A stretch of DNA of 64,000 bases from an uncultured virus (IMG/VR IMGVR_UViG_3300037067_017539) (lineage: Duplodnaviria; Heunggongvirae; Uroviricota; Caudoviricetes). The notes beneath the pieces are model-generated. The model saw only the letters and a program-made list of their open reading frames with translations, was not told where the DNA came from and did no database searches. The stretch lies in IMG/VR virus record IMGVR_UViG_3300037067_017539; one strand, 5' to 3'. How positions within the stretch are numbered: the stretch's first letter is position 1; each line of letters starts with the position of its first letter. This document shows, in pieces, positions 38,179 through 47,290 of the stretch. The position numbers were made by a program, and so were the translations under genes.

Positions 38179-38492
38179 TGATGAGTAAACTCAAAAAGAT
38201 TGAGATAATTATTTGTGAAGATTGTTTAACTGGTAAAGGTGGAGAATGTCATACGCCCGGTTGTGCATTATTTTTGAACCGATGTCCTGATATACCGATC
38301 ATGCCGGAGCTTTATAAAGTTATTAAAGAATTCTCTGATGATGAAAGAATACTTTTTACGGATGAAAATGCAGAACCCAGTATAGAAGAGGTAAATGGTG
38401 TGGTTCAAAGTGGCTTTCGGCTGGGTTCAACCGTTAAGTTTAGTGGGCCAAAGCCAAAGCGGGTAAGGAAAAAGTATCCAGTATTGAAATAG
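38178..38492 (+). CDS. Cys-rich hypothetical protein
   Basis: CEDC..GECHTPGCAL. Confidence 0.6.
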   Translation: MMSKLKKIEIIICEDCLTGKGGECHTPGCALFLNRCPDIPIMPELYKVIKEFSDDERILFTDENAEPSIEEVNGVVQSGFRLGSTVKFSGPKPKRVRKKYPVLK

Positions 38493-38558
38493 CCTTATCC
38501 ATTTCAAAGGTATGAAATAAACGGTTGGGAAACTGGAAATAACCGAAGGAGTAATGTG

Positions 38559-38726
38559 ATGACAATATTGCAATATATAGACCCGGTAATATTGACAAAT
38601 GCTTTATTTTTTTCGTTTGGGTTTGCGTTGGGTGCGGTAATTGCGTTCAATATTAATAATAAGAAATTGAAGGAGGAAAACAGGAAACTTTCAATAAAGT
38701 TGTGGTTATGTAGGAGGATGAGATAA
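38559..38726 (+). CDS. small membrane protein (55 aa, not in ORF track)
   Basis: RBS AAGGAG; ALFFSFGFALGAVIAF. Confidence 0.5.
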   Translation: MTILQYIDPVILTNALFFSFGFALGAVIAFNINNKKLKEENRKLSIKLWLCRRMR

Positions 38727-38727
38727 A

Positions 38728-39048
38728 ATGGCGTTTGTAAGCCCTGAAGCGGTTGCACAGGAGATATGTGATCGTATTCTGAAGGATGTCGGTTGTAAAT
38801 TTGGTGAATATTGTTGTCAAGGTTTAAGTAAATATAAAACAGATTTTACAAAGATGATAAGTAACCTTGTTGGGTATGACAGGCAAAATGTAATTGAAGT
38901 TTTATCAGAATCAATAAGAATGCTTGAACAGTTGAAGAATTATGCAGTTACAAGTCTTGATGAATCGTCTATATTGGTGATAGACACACAGCTTATCACG
39001 ATGCAAATGGCGCTTGAACTTGTAAGGCTTGCTTATCGTGGAACTTGA
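38728..39048 (+). CDS. hypothetical protein
   Basis: RBS AGGAGG. Confidence 0.6.
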   Translation: MAFVSPEAVAQEICDRILKDVGCKFGEYCCQGLSKYKTDFTKMISNLVGYDRQNVIEVLSESIRMLEQLKNYAVTSLDESSILVIDTQLITMQMALELVRLAYRGT

Positions 39049-39058
39049 ATTTACCATG

Positions 39059-39103
39059 AATGCCGGTAACGGAGTTATTCTCTGTTGCCGGCATTATTTT
39101 TTT
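39059..39103 (+). terminator. intrinsic terminator abutting promoter copy 6
   Basis: AATGCCGGTAACGGAG...CTCTGTTGCCGGCATT then T tract. Confidence 0.8.
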
Positions 39104-39153
39104 AAAAATAATCCTTTTCTTTTTTAAAAAACTGGTCTATCATTAATATAAAA
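39094..39153 (+). promoter_or_regulatory. repeated promoter element, copy 6
   Basis: TTTAAAAATAATCCTTTTCTTTTTTAAAAAACTG; TATCAT(39138) at 17 nt spacing. Confidence 0.8.
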
Positions 39154-39195
39154 GACAAGAAAGGAAATATTTATTACATATTAAAAGGTGTTGCA

Positions 39196-39333
39196 ATGAA
39201 ATTAAGATGGTTTGTTGAAGTTGATGAAGACGGAAGAAAAACCGAACCGGAATTGCAATATTGGAGTGATTTTTATATGTGTTGGCAAACCATTGAAACC
39301 ATTGAAGAAAAAAGAGAAGAACACGACTTTTAA
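39196..39333 (+). CDS. small hypothetical protein (45 aa, not in ORF track)
   Basis: RBS AAGGTG; MKLRWFVEV...LQYW. Confidence 0.55.
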   Translation: MKLRWFVEVDEDGRKTEPELQYWSDFYMCWQTIETIEEKREEHDF

Positions 39334-39351
39334 TAAAAAGGATAAAATAAA

Positions 39352-39717
39352 ATGATGAGATGTATTATTTGTAGAAAACCAATGCCTGATTATGTTCCTG
39401 AATATATGCCTTTTGATGATGATGAAGGAAATGAGTGTTTAGAAAAAAAATACATTGACGAAGAACCTATAAACCCTTGTGTGTGTTCCGATGAATGTAA
39501 GGCTGCTTTACTTGCAATGGATAATGTTTGTTTAAGTTATGACGAACGAAGGCGCAAGGCCGGCATTAAACTTTACCATGTTGAAAGCCCTTTGGGGTTC
39601 CATAAATATGAATCTTGTGGTAGATATGGTTGCAAAGGAATCATCAAGCAAAGCAGTAAAGAACCTTTTGAATGTTTTTGCCCGGTTTGTGGTTGGAAAG
39701 AAATCAACGAACGATAG
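39352..39717 (+). CDS. Cys-rich hypothetical protein
   Basis: CIIC, CVCSDEC, CFCPVCGW. Confidence 0.6.
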   Translation: MMRCIICRKPMPDYVPEYMPFDDDEGNECLEKKYIDEEPINPCVCSDECKAALLAMDNVCLSYDERRRKAGIKLYHVESPLGFHKYESCGRYGCKGIIKQSSKEPFECFCPVCGWKEINER

Positions 39718-39791
39718 AACATAGTATTATATCAAGAACAAGATGCTTATTATTATTGACGGAAAAGTACAATAAAACGTATTGGTAGCAA

Positions 39792-39831
39792 CTTTCGATA
39801 AATCCTATTTTACGATAGGATTTATCGAAAG
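39792..39831. repeat. perfect 17-bp inverted repeat
   Basis: CTTTCGATAAATCCTAT-tttacg-ATAGGATTTATCGAAAG. Confidence 0.9.
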
Positions 39832-39977
39832 AATGTATAACACAAAATTCTGATGGAATTTATATATAGTAAAATAGACCATAAGATAAAAACCGGGGTA
39901 TAATATTCTTAGAATATAAAAACCTATCGGCTTAATTTTAAATCCTAAGCCACCAAAAAGAAAAGGGGTGTGATTGT

Positions 39978-40223
39978 ATGGCCAAACAAACAACATTGTA
40001 TTATGCTGCAGATAAGGACGGAGAGAAATTTTTGTTTGAAAGACGACCGTGGAAAAATGAAAAGGCCGGCGAATGGTTGAATTATGGTAGTGTAAAAAAT
40101 ATGCCTGTTCGTGTTTCAAATAGTGTTGAGAGGTTATTGCCTGAAGTTTCATGGTTTGATGATGAGGCGTTGGCCTTAACCATAACAATTCCGGAAAATA
40201 AGAAAGTGGGTATAAAGTTATGA
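39978..40223 (+). CDS. hypothetical protein, paralogue of next ORF
   Basis: YAADKDG..FLF..RP...PEVSWFDDE. Confidence 0.65.
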   Translation: MAKQTTLYYAADKDGEKFLFERRPWKNEKAGEWLNYGSVKNMPVRVSNSVERLLPEVSWFDDEALALTITIPENKKVGIKL

Positions 40224-40492
40224 AGAATTGTTTTGATGATGCGGAAGGTAATTGCAATAAAAGACAATGCCCGTTGAATATAAAATTTTATGCAATGGAT
40301 TGGGATGGTAGTTGTTTTATTTTTAATAAAAAGCCAATAAAGAATCTTTCATTTAAAAAATGGATTCCTGGAAATACTAAAGAGAATTTTTATGAACATA
40401 TTCCTTATAAACTTCAGAAGTATTTTCCGCCTGTAAGTTGGGAGGACGACGAACCGATTGAAATAAGAATTATTCAGGTTGATAAAAAATAA
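40220..40492 (+). CDS. hypothetical protein, paralogue of previous ORF
   Basis: YAMDWDG..FIF..KP...PPVSWEDDE. Confidence 0.65.
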   Translation: MKNCFDDAEGNCNKRQCPLNIKFYAMDWDGSCFIFNKKPIKNLSFKKWIPGNTKENFYEHIPYKLQKYFPPVSWEDDEPIEIRIIQVDKK

Positions 40493-40501
40493 AAGGAGGT
40501 A

Positions 40502-40708
40502 ATGATGGCAGAACAAAATATGGAAAATCAAGGTAACAAATGGAGTCCGCGTGAAGACAGACAATTATTGAAACAGTTGGATAAAATAATTGGTAATGTG
40601 GCGGCAAAACATAAAAGGGGCAAAAAGGCAATCATTGTTCGTATTGATTATTTATATCAAAAGAGGGTAAATTATGACCGAGAACTTAAAAAATTACAGT
40701 CCGATTAA
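40502..40708 (+). CDS. small Myb/HTH-like protein
   Basis: GNKWSPREDRQL...VAAKHKRG..AI..R. Confidence 0.55.
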   Translation: MMAEQNMENQGNKWSPREDRQLLKQLDKIIGNVAAKHKRGKKAIIVRIDYLYQKRVNYDRELKKLQSD

Positions 40709-41057
40709 TGTTGAAAGTTCATGTGAAATTCTTAATCAAACTTTTGCTTTTGGTGATCGTGTTTGGTTTGTATCTCGGCTTATTGAAAAAACAAAAGATT
40801 TGCCTGTTTTTGATATGCCGATGCAGTGTTTGAACATTTATGGTTTACAACCGGATATCAATACGATGTTAAACTTCGTGGCTCATATGCATCAAGTTTA
40901 TGAAGCGGATTTAAGCTATCCGATTATCCTTGATGAAGACGGGTATGTGATGGACGGTCGACACCGGATAGCAAAGGCCTTATTTCTTGGATTGAAAACT
41001 ATAAAGGCAGTAAGGTTTGAACGAACGCCTTTACCGGATAAATATATTGAATCTTAG
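40674..41057 (+). CDS. ParB/Srx-like domain protein
   Basis: ADLSYPIILDEDGYVMDGRHRIAKA. Confidence 0.7.
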   Translation: MTENLKNYSPINVESSCEILNQTFAFGDRVWFVSRLIEKTKDLPVFDMPMQCLNIYGLQPDINTMLNFVAHMHQVYEADLSYPIILDEDGYVMDGRHRIAKALFLGLKTIKAVRFERTPLPDKYIES

Positions 41058-41400
41058 AACCAGGATACTTCAGAACGGCATAAGATGTCAACCGTGGAAG
41101 CAGTGGAAAGGTGAAATTAGTATTTTGCCTATATCCGCTCAGACTATGTTCCGTAATGATGGTATGGAAATTGATATATTGGAAATGCAATTAAAGTCAG
41201 AGGGTTTTCTGCTGACTGGGGAATCCCTTTATGATGTTTTAATGGCTGGTGATTTTAAACGGGTTGCAGTTGGCATAGAAGAATTCGATGGTAATTATGG
41301 GTCTTATCCTGATGATTGGACTGAAGAAGATTTTCTATACAACGAACAAAAGCGGGGTATAATAAAGCATGAGGATAAAATGTGCTGCGATAAAACTTGA
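41017..41400 (+). CDS. hypothetical protein
   Basis: 127 aa; start uncertain. Confidence 0.5.
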   Translation: MNERLYRINILNLRTRILQNGIRCQPWKQWKGEISILPISAQTMFRNDGMEIDILEMQLKSEGFLLTGESLYDVLMAGDFKRVAVGIEEFDGNYGSYPDDWTEEDFLYNEQKRGIIKHEDKMCCDKT

Positions 41401-41635
41401 CGGAACAATATATTTAGGCAAAAGCCATTTTGAGATTGTTAAAATACTTGTTAAGCTTGGCTTGTGTGAGCGGTATCCTGGAGGGGTGAACCAAGGCTTC
41501 GTAACAGAGAATGGGGCTTATGTTGGGCGTAAGGTGGCCTTACAAATTGCGATAATGTCCGGGCAGGTTGTAGAAGGCAAAACAATCAACAAAAGAAAAT
41601 TATTCAGTGAAGACTTAAGGAGAAATGATGTCTGA
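41369..41635 (+). CDS. hypothetical phage protein
   Basis: IKCAAI...QGFVTENG.YV.R..A..IA..SGQ...LFSEDL. Confidence 0.65.
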   Translation: MRIKCAAIKLDGTIYLGKSHFEIVKILVKLGLCERYPGGVNQGFVTENGAYVGRKVALQIAIMSGQVVEGKTINKRKLFSEDLRRNDV

Positions 41636-41894
41636 TAAAACCTATGTGAATAGAAAATGGTTAAATGGGGATAAATCGGCTTCAACCGGGTCTATTGTAG
41701 CTTTTTATGGAGAAACCAGTTATGGAGAAACGATAGAAGATGCGGTTTTTTTAGAAATTTCTGATTGCCATTGCAAAGTACATCTTCATAAATTAAAAAT
41801 TGATACGATATCTGATTTCATAAATAAATTAAAAATTGTAGCAAAAGTTATTAATGATTTTATTTTGTTTTTAGAAAAGATTGGTGATGAATAA
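41625..41894 (+). CDS. hypothetical protein flanked by 29-bp direct repeats
   Basis: RKWLN...ISDCHCKVHLH. Confidence 0.6.
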   Translation: MMSDKTYVNRKWLNGDKSASTGSIVAFYGETSYGETIEDAVFLEISDCHCKVHLHKLKIDTISDFINKLKIVAKVINDFILFLEKIGDE

Positions 41895-42001
41895 TGACAG
41901 AAATAAAAAGAGATGACACCTGAAGAAAAAAAAGAAACGTTAAATACATATAACAAGTTGAATTGAAGAAAATTATTCAGTGAAGATTTAAGGAAGGCGG
42001 T

Positions 42002-42250
42002 ATGATGATAAGAAGATATTGTGACGCTTGTATGAAAGAAATACTACCGGAAGGTACAATGGGTCAAACATTTTCCTACCTTTGTCATATTGATGATGTC
42101 TTGGATGGTAAGGATTGTTATATAGACCATGATGGAAATTCTATCAGTTGCCGGGCAGAAACAAAAGAATTATGTATTTATTGTTATAACCGGGCAATGA
42201 TTGAAGCAGTTAAAAAATTCAGAGAATTGAAAGAAAATAATGTCAATTAA
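42002..42250 (+). CDS. Zn-finger hypothetical protein
   Basis: YCDAC...ELCIYC. Confidence 0.6.
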   Translation: MMIRRYCDACMKEILPEGTMGQTFSYLCHIDDVLDGKDCYIDHDGNSISCRAETKELCIYCYNRAMIEAVKKFRELKENNVN

Positions 42251-42428
42251 TTATAAATCTTGGTACCCTATCGGAACAAAAGCTTATGCGTCTGGTGGCG
42301 GTTATTGGGAAAAAACTGAGCGTGGTTGGAAGTGGTGTACGGGAGCAACATTCCCGACACCGGGTGGTGATTGCATAGAAATTGTCGAACCGGAAGAAAA
42401 AGGGGGCCATAATGAATCTTACAGGTAA
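42240..42428 (+). CDS. hypothetical protein
   Basis: GGGYW.KTERGWKWCTG.TFPTPG. Confidence 0.55.
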   Translation: MSINYKSWYPIGTKAYASGGGYWEKTERGWKWCTGATFPTPGGDCIEIVEPEEKGGHNESYR

Positions 42429-42603
42429 TGAAATGTCATTGCTAATGGTTTTAATATTTTCAATTGTTTTGGCGTTGATATTGTTTCTTCAAAATCTTCG
42501 ATTTACATTTATGATATCGTATTATGAAACCAAACTGAAAAACAGGGGTGTTAATATTCAAAAGGTTGAACACATGCCATTTTGGAAGCTTTGGTTGAAT
42601 TAA
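42412..42603 (+). CDS. small membrane protein
   Basis: LLMVLIFSIVLALILFL. Confidence 0.55.
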   Translation: MNLTGNEMSLLMVLIFSIVLALILFLQNLRFTFMISYYETKLKNRGVNIQKVEHMPFWKLWLN

Positions 42604-42616
42604 TAAAAGGGGTGAT

Positions 42617-42820
42617 ATGATGAAAGTAGGTGATAAGGTAACTTTTGAAGGGTGTGACGCAAGACAAAAATTTTTTGGTAATCATACCGGATCAACCGAT
42701 AAACTTGTTGTTGGCGAACAATACGAAGTGAGTTTTGTTGAAGTGCATTCATGGCATACAAAGGTTTTTCTAAAAGGATTCAAAGGCAGTTTTAACAGCG
42801 TATGTTTTAAGGAAGGATAA
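42617..42820 (+). CDS. small SH3-like hypothetical protein
   Basis: KVGDKV...VEVHSWHTKV.L...FNSVCF. Confidence 0.6.
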   Translation: MMKVGDKVTFEGCDARQKFFGNHTGSTDKLVVGEQYEVSFVEVHSWHTKVFLKGFKGSFNSVCFKEG

Positions 42821-42822
42821 AA

Positions 42823-43314
42823 ATGATATTGCCTGATAAATTTATTGAAGACAGGATTATCAATCTGGATATGGTTACACCTTACAATGAAGCACAATTA
42901 TCTCCGGCAAGCTATGATATTGCGCTTGGTGGCGCTTACAGAATGCCTGTAAGTAATAATAATTGGTCAGAAGAAATAAAATTCAATAATATGAGAATGT
43001 TGCCGGGTCGGTTTTATTTGTTCCATAGCTTAGAAACTATAAAGCTACCGGATGACATTGCTGCAATGCTTTTTATGAAATCAACATATTGCCGAAAAGG
43101 GGTTGAACATTTACATGCATGCTGGATTGACCCCGGATTTTACGGGCAGGTGACTTTTGAATTTACGAACTGTTGGCCGGAACCGGTGCGGCTTGAAGCC
43201 GGTGAAATTGTAGCTCAACTGGCATTTTGTATGGTTGCGGCTACTTGCAATAGAACATACAAAACAGGTCACCATTATCAAGGGCAAATGGGGCCAACAA
43301 AACCATGGAAGTAA
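42823..43314 (+). CDS. dcd: dCTP deaminase (trimeric dUTPase superfamily)
   Basis: PASYDI.L, KSTYCRKG, IDPGFYGQVTFE, AQL.F, YQGQ. Confidence 0.9.
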   Translation: MILPDKFIEDRIINLDMVTPYNEAQLSPASYDIALGGAYRMPVSNNNWSEEIKFNNMRMLPGRFYLFHSLETIKLPDDIAAMLFMKSTYCRKGVEHLHACWIDPGFYGQVTFEFTNCWPEPVRLEAGEIVAQLAFCMVAATCNRTYKTGHHYQGQMGPTKPWK

Positions 43315-43319
43315 CCAGT

Positions 43320-43473
43320 TGGGGCAGGCCTAAGAAATTTTAGGGGTTAAGGCAATTGGTATCAGACGTGAATAGTCCAGTAACGTGAAAAGGGGTTGTG
43401 TTTATGCCCTGAAAATTGGTAGATACTAAGTCCTGAAGGAAACTCCAATTGGTTCAATCCTTCACTTGCCCTA
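43320..43473 (+). ncRNA. candidate structured ncRNA
   Basis: Closing stem TGGGGCAGG/CTTGCCCTA, several internal hairpins, GGTTCAATCC near 3' end; ORF-free gap. Confidence 0.45.
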
Positions 43474-43494
43474 TCAACAAAAAAAGGAATCGTA

Positions 43495-43764
43495 ATGAAA
43501 AAGTGTCTTGTATGTAAAGAAGATATTACCGATAAGTGTTGTTGTTTTACTAAGCAAGGGCCATTGTGTGTTGATTGTGTAAATACCCTTATTGATGTTT
43601 ATAAAATTTCTGAAGCTGAAGAAGGGAATTCGTTTTATACGATTGATCTTAAAGGCGTTGTTGATATGTTTGAATGTTGTGATTATGATGACGGTTATAA
43701 AATCATTAAAAAAGAAATGACAGCGGTTGAATATTATAATTTGCCTGAATTTGAAGGTTTTTAA
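43495..43764 (+). CDS. Zn-finger hypothetical protein
   Basis: CLVC...CVDC; C-terminal LPEFEGF. Confidence 0.6.
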   Translation: MKKCLVCKEDITDKCCCFTKQGPLCVDCVNTLIDVYKISEAEEGNSFYTIDLKGVVDMFECCDYDDGYKIIKKEMTAVEYYNLPEFEGF

Positions 43765-43766
43765 AT

Positions 43767-44408
43767 ATGTTTATAACACTGGAAGGCATAGAAGGTTCTG
43801 GTAAGACGACACAGGCTAAACATATCGTTGATTATTTTAAATCAATAGGTGAGTATTGTGTTTTGACCCGTGAGCCCGGAGGAACCACTATAGGGAAACA
43901 AATCCGTTCAATCGTATTGAATCCGGCAAGTGGCAATATGTATTCAACAACTGAATTGTTATTATATTTGGCAGATAGGGTTCAACATATAAATGAATTA
44001 ATAAAACCAGCACTGGCAGAAGGCAAAGTGGTTATTTGTGACAGATATGCAGATGCCACCATGGCATATCAGGGGTTTGCAAGGGGGCTTGATATTAATT
44101 TAATTGAGCAACTTCATAAACTGGTAATCAATAAAATTACACCAGACATGACGTTGCTTTTTGATATGCGGCCAGAAGACGGTTTGGCTCGGGCATGGAA
44201 GCAAATAAATAATGGATCAAGAACGCAAGATGAAACCCGTTTTGAAAAAGAAAAGTTATTGTTTCATCAGAATGTAAGGGCTGGTTATTTGAGCATTGCC
44301 GCTCGTGATAAAAAACGGTTTGTAATTATTGATGCAGCAAAAACCGAAGATGAAGTTAAGCGTGAAATTATAAATGCAATTATAAAACACAGGGAATCCA
44401 ATGGGTAA
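43767..44408 (+). CDS. tmk: thymidylate kinase
   Basis: FITLEGIEGSGKTTQ, TREPGGT, CDRY..AT.AYQG. Confidence 0.95.
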   Translation: MFITLEGIEGSGKTTQAKHIVDYFKSIGEYCVLTREPGGTTIGKQIRSIVLNPASGNMYSTTELLLYLADRVQHINELIKPALAEGKVVICDRYADATMAYQGFARGLDINLIEQLHKLVINKITPDMTLLFDMRPEDGLARAWKQINNGSRTQDETRFEKEKLLFHQNVRAGYLSIAARDKKRFVIIDAAKTEDEVKREIINAIIKHRESNG

Positions 44409-45777
44409 TTTTATTTCACCAGAAACACCGGGCCATTTAACATCGCGATGGACAGATTTGAAATATCATGCGAAGCAATACGCATTGTGGAACTCAAAAA
44501 AGCGTTTCCATGTTAACCCTGCGGGTCGGCGTTCTGGCAAAACAGAACTTGCTAAGCGCAAGGTGATTAAACGGGCTATGATAGGAACTTCGTTTGATGA
44601 TCCAAGGTTTTTTGCTGGGGCTCCAACACGGGAACAGGCAAAGCGCATTTATTGGGATGATTTAAAACGGATGACGCCGAAGTGGGCAATGGCAAAGCCG
44701 CCCAATGAATCCGAGCTTACCATTTATTTAATCAACGGGGCGATTATTTGCGTGTTGGGTATGGATAAGCCTGAACGTATTGAAGGAACTCCATGGGATG
44801 GTGGCATTCTTGATGAATTTGGTAATATGAAGGCCGATGCATGGGGAGCACATATAAGGCCGGCGCTATCCGATAGAAATGGCTGGTGTGATCTTATAGG
44901 CGTCCCTGAAGGCCGGAATCATTATTATGACGTTGCGAAGTTGGCGCAAGCGGAAATGATGGATCCTGAAGGTGAATGGGCTTATTACCATTGGGTAAGT
45001 GCTGATATTTTACCGGCGAATGAAATTACTGCGGCCAAAAAAGACCTTGATGAATTAACCTATTTGCAAGAATATGAAGCCAGTTTTGTTAACTTTACCG
45101 GGCAAACTTATTATCCGTATAACGACAACCTTCACCTTGCTCGGATTGCATATAATCCGAATCAACCACTGATCTTCTGTTTTGATTTTAACGTGGAACC
45201 GGGAGTGGCGGCTGTAATCCAAGAAAAAGGCGTTAAGGACTTTACAACTGGTGCTGTAATGTTGGGCGAATCAGTAACCGGCATTATTGGTGAAGTTTAT
45301 ATTCCAAGGAATAGTAATACACTGCTTGTTTGCAATAAGCTTGTAACCGACTGGGGCGACCATAAAGGAACAATAAAGATATATGGTGATGCCACTGGTG
45401 GAGCAAGAGGAACGGCCAAAATTGGCGGCTCTGATTGGGATTTAATCAAAAAGCGATTAGGCGCTCATTTTGGTGACGATAGAATAGAATATAATATACC
45501 TACTGAAAATCCTGCAGAACGGGATAGGGTTAATGCTGTAAATTCAAGATTGCTTACAATGGATAAAAAGGTACGGTTGATGATTGATCCGATAAAGGCC
45601 CCAAATGTTGTAAAAGATTTTGAAGGCGTGCAATGTGTTAAAGGTGGCAGTGGAGAAATCGATAAAAAGATAAGTCCAAAGCTTACCCATATTTCTGATG
45701 CTATTGGATATTATATACACAAGGAATTTCCGGTTAGAATTATTCAAGGTGGCATGATATCTGTCAAGGGTACATGA
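44401..45777 (+). CDS. terL: terminase large subunit
   Basis: AGRRSGKT, GILDEF, QEYEASF, FDFNVEP, HISDAIGY. Confidence 0.92.
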   Translation: MGNFISPETPGHLTSRWTDLKYHAKQYALWNSKKRFHVNPAGRRSGKTELAKRKVIKRAMIGTSFDDPRFFAGAPTREQAKRIYWDDLKRMTPKWAMAKPPNESELTIYLINGAIICVLGMDKPERIEGTPWDGGILDEFGNMKADAWGAHIRPALSDRNGWCDLIGVPEGRNHYYDVAKLAQAEMMDPEGEWAYYHWVSADILPANEITAAKKDLDELTYLQEYEASFVNFTGQTYYPYNDNLHLARIAYNPNQPLIFCFDFNVEPGVAAVIQEKGVKDFTTGAVMLGESVTGIIGEVYIPRNSNTLLVCNKLVTDWGDHKGTIKIYGDATGGARGTAKIGGSDWDLIKKRLGAHFGDDRIEYNIPTENPAERDRVNAVNSRLLTMDKKVRLMIDPIKAPNVVKDFEGVQCVKGGSGEIDKKISPKLTHISDAIGYYIHKEFPVRIIQGGMISVKGT

Positions 45778-45835
45778 TTTATTTTTATTGAATATTAATT
45801 TCTTTGGTATAATATAGGTAGAAAGGAATTAAATA

Positions 45836-46012
45836 ATGATTAAGGCGACACCCGTTCAAATGAGAAAAAGTCTTGAAATGGTGGAGGGCTTAAAACAAGC
45901 CGGCATTCGTTTTGTTCCAATCCCTGTCTTAAATGACACTGATTTTAAAATTAACGTTGCCATTTTAAAAGCCAAATTAAATAAAATTGAAAGGGAAGCA
46001 AATGACACCTGA
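45836..46012 (+). CDS. DUF1382-like small protein (58 aa, not in ORF track)
   Basis: ATPVQMRKSLE....KQAGIRFVPIPV; RBS AAAGGA. Confidence 0.6.
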   Translation: MIKATPVQMRKSLEMVEGLKQAGIRFVPIPVLNDTDFKINVAILKAKLNKIEREANDT

Positions 46013-46301
46013 CGAACAGTTGGAATTATGGGTGCAAGGTAAATCGGTTCACAACGATGAACTGGAAGAATGTTGCCCTGATTTTTCTTGCTGCGGTGGA
46101 GACCTTGCCGATGAAGATGTAAGAAAGCGGTTTGCCAAGGCTTACCATGACCATGATGAAGGCACCGTGATGAATATGCTTATGATGTTTCTTGGTGCTA
46201 TGTTGAAGAAGCAAGGCAGTGATGAAAAAGTTTATGTTGCCGGTGACGAACCTTCCATGGAACAAATGAGATTGGACGTTTCTGGCATAAAGGTGAATTA
46301 A
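46002..46301 (+). CDS. hypothetical protein
   Basis: WVQG.SVHN...ECCPDFSCC. Confidence 0.6.
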   Translation: MTPDEQLELWVQGKSVHNDELEECCPDFSCCGGDLADEDVRKRFAKAYHDHDEGTVMNMLMMFLGAMLKKQGSDEKVYVAGDEPSMEQMRLDVSGIKVN

Positions 46302-46528
46302 TGAAATATTTAGACGTTATTAAAGATGCCAATTCACAGGAAGAATTACAAAAAGAAATAATGGCGAACCCACTGGCAGACGAGATGATTATTAGTGCAA
46401 GGAGGTTGCTTAATGCGTCGTTGGATATTATCAATGCTGGTCGTACAAAAAAAGGTAAACCTATTTTCTTAAGAATTGCCATGGTTGTTAAGGTTGATCA
46501 ACCAGAAAATTACAGACAAATAAATTGA
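46301..46528 (+). CDS. hypothetical protein
   Basis: Coupled TAATG start. Confidence 0.55.
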   Translation: MKYLDVIKDANSQEELQKEIMANPLADEMIISARRLLNASLDIINAGRTKKGKPIFLRIAMVVKVDQPENYRQIN

Positions 46529-46539
46529 AGGGATAAAAC

Positions 46540-47280
46540 ATGCGGCATATTTTAATTGGATACGGCGAAGTTGGCAAGGCAGTTTATGAAGTGTTGAAAG
46601 ACACCTATGAAATTGAAATACATGACCAGAAAATGAATTTTTTCGTGGATGAATTTACAACCGATACAACCGATGTTTTGATGATTGCCATTCCATACAC
46701 GGATTTGTTTGAAGAAAGAGTTTCCCAGTACCAAAGAATCTTTCATGCAAAGCATACCCTTATTTTTTCAAGTGTGCCTGTTGGTACTTCAACAAAGCTT
46801 GGTGCTACTCATTCACCGATAGAGGGCGACCACTCGGATATGGCAAGCTATATAAATAAACACAAACGCTGGGTTGGTGGCACAGACGCAAGGATAATTG
46901 AATTTTTGTATGATGCTGGTTTTGATTTGGTAATGGTTGCTCGGCCGGAAACAACCGAATTTCTCAAACTGCGGTCAACAACTTATTATGGGTTGTGCAT
47001 TGAGTTTGCCCGGTATTCCAAAGCGGTTTGTGATGAAATTGGTATGGAATATGATATCGTTAAAGAATATGATCAGGATTATAACGCTTTGAATAATGAT
47101 ATGGGCCTTGCCGACTTGAACCGGTATGTGCTTGATCCACCAGAAGGGCCTATTGGTGGACATTGCGTATTGCCGAACATAAAGCTTTTACAGAAACAGA
47201 AGCCGGAATGCGGGTTGCTTAATTATATTGAAAAAGTCAACAACCTCCTTGCTCTTACCGATTCATTTAAAAAACAATAA
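46540..47280 (+). CDS. UDP-glucose/GDP-mannose dehydrogenase family protein (short form)
   Basis: IGYGEVG, SSVPVGT, TEFLKL, GPIGGHC catalytic Cys; no C-terminal domain. Confidence 0.8.
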   Translation: MRHILIGYGEVGKAVYEVLKDTYEIEIHDQKMNFFVDEFTTDTTDVLMIAIPYTDLFEERVSQYQRIFHAKHTLIFSSVPVGTSTKLGATHSPIEGDHSDMASYINKHKRWVGGTDARIIEFLYDAGFDLVMVARPETTEFLKLRSTTYYGLCIEFARYSKAVCDEIGMEYDIVKEYDQDYNALNNDMGLADLNRYVLDPPEGPIGGHCVLPNIKLLQKQKPECGLLNYIEKVNNLLALTDSFKKQ

Positions 47281-47290
47281 AGGCGATGAA

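Noticed and set aside
43320..43473. Canonical tRNA or tmRNA gene
   Set aside because: No standard D and anticodon arms, no CCA, no tag frame; kept only as an unclassified ncRNA candidate.
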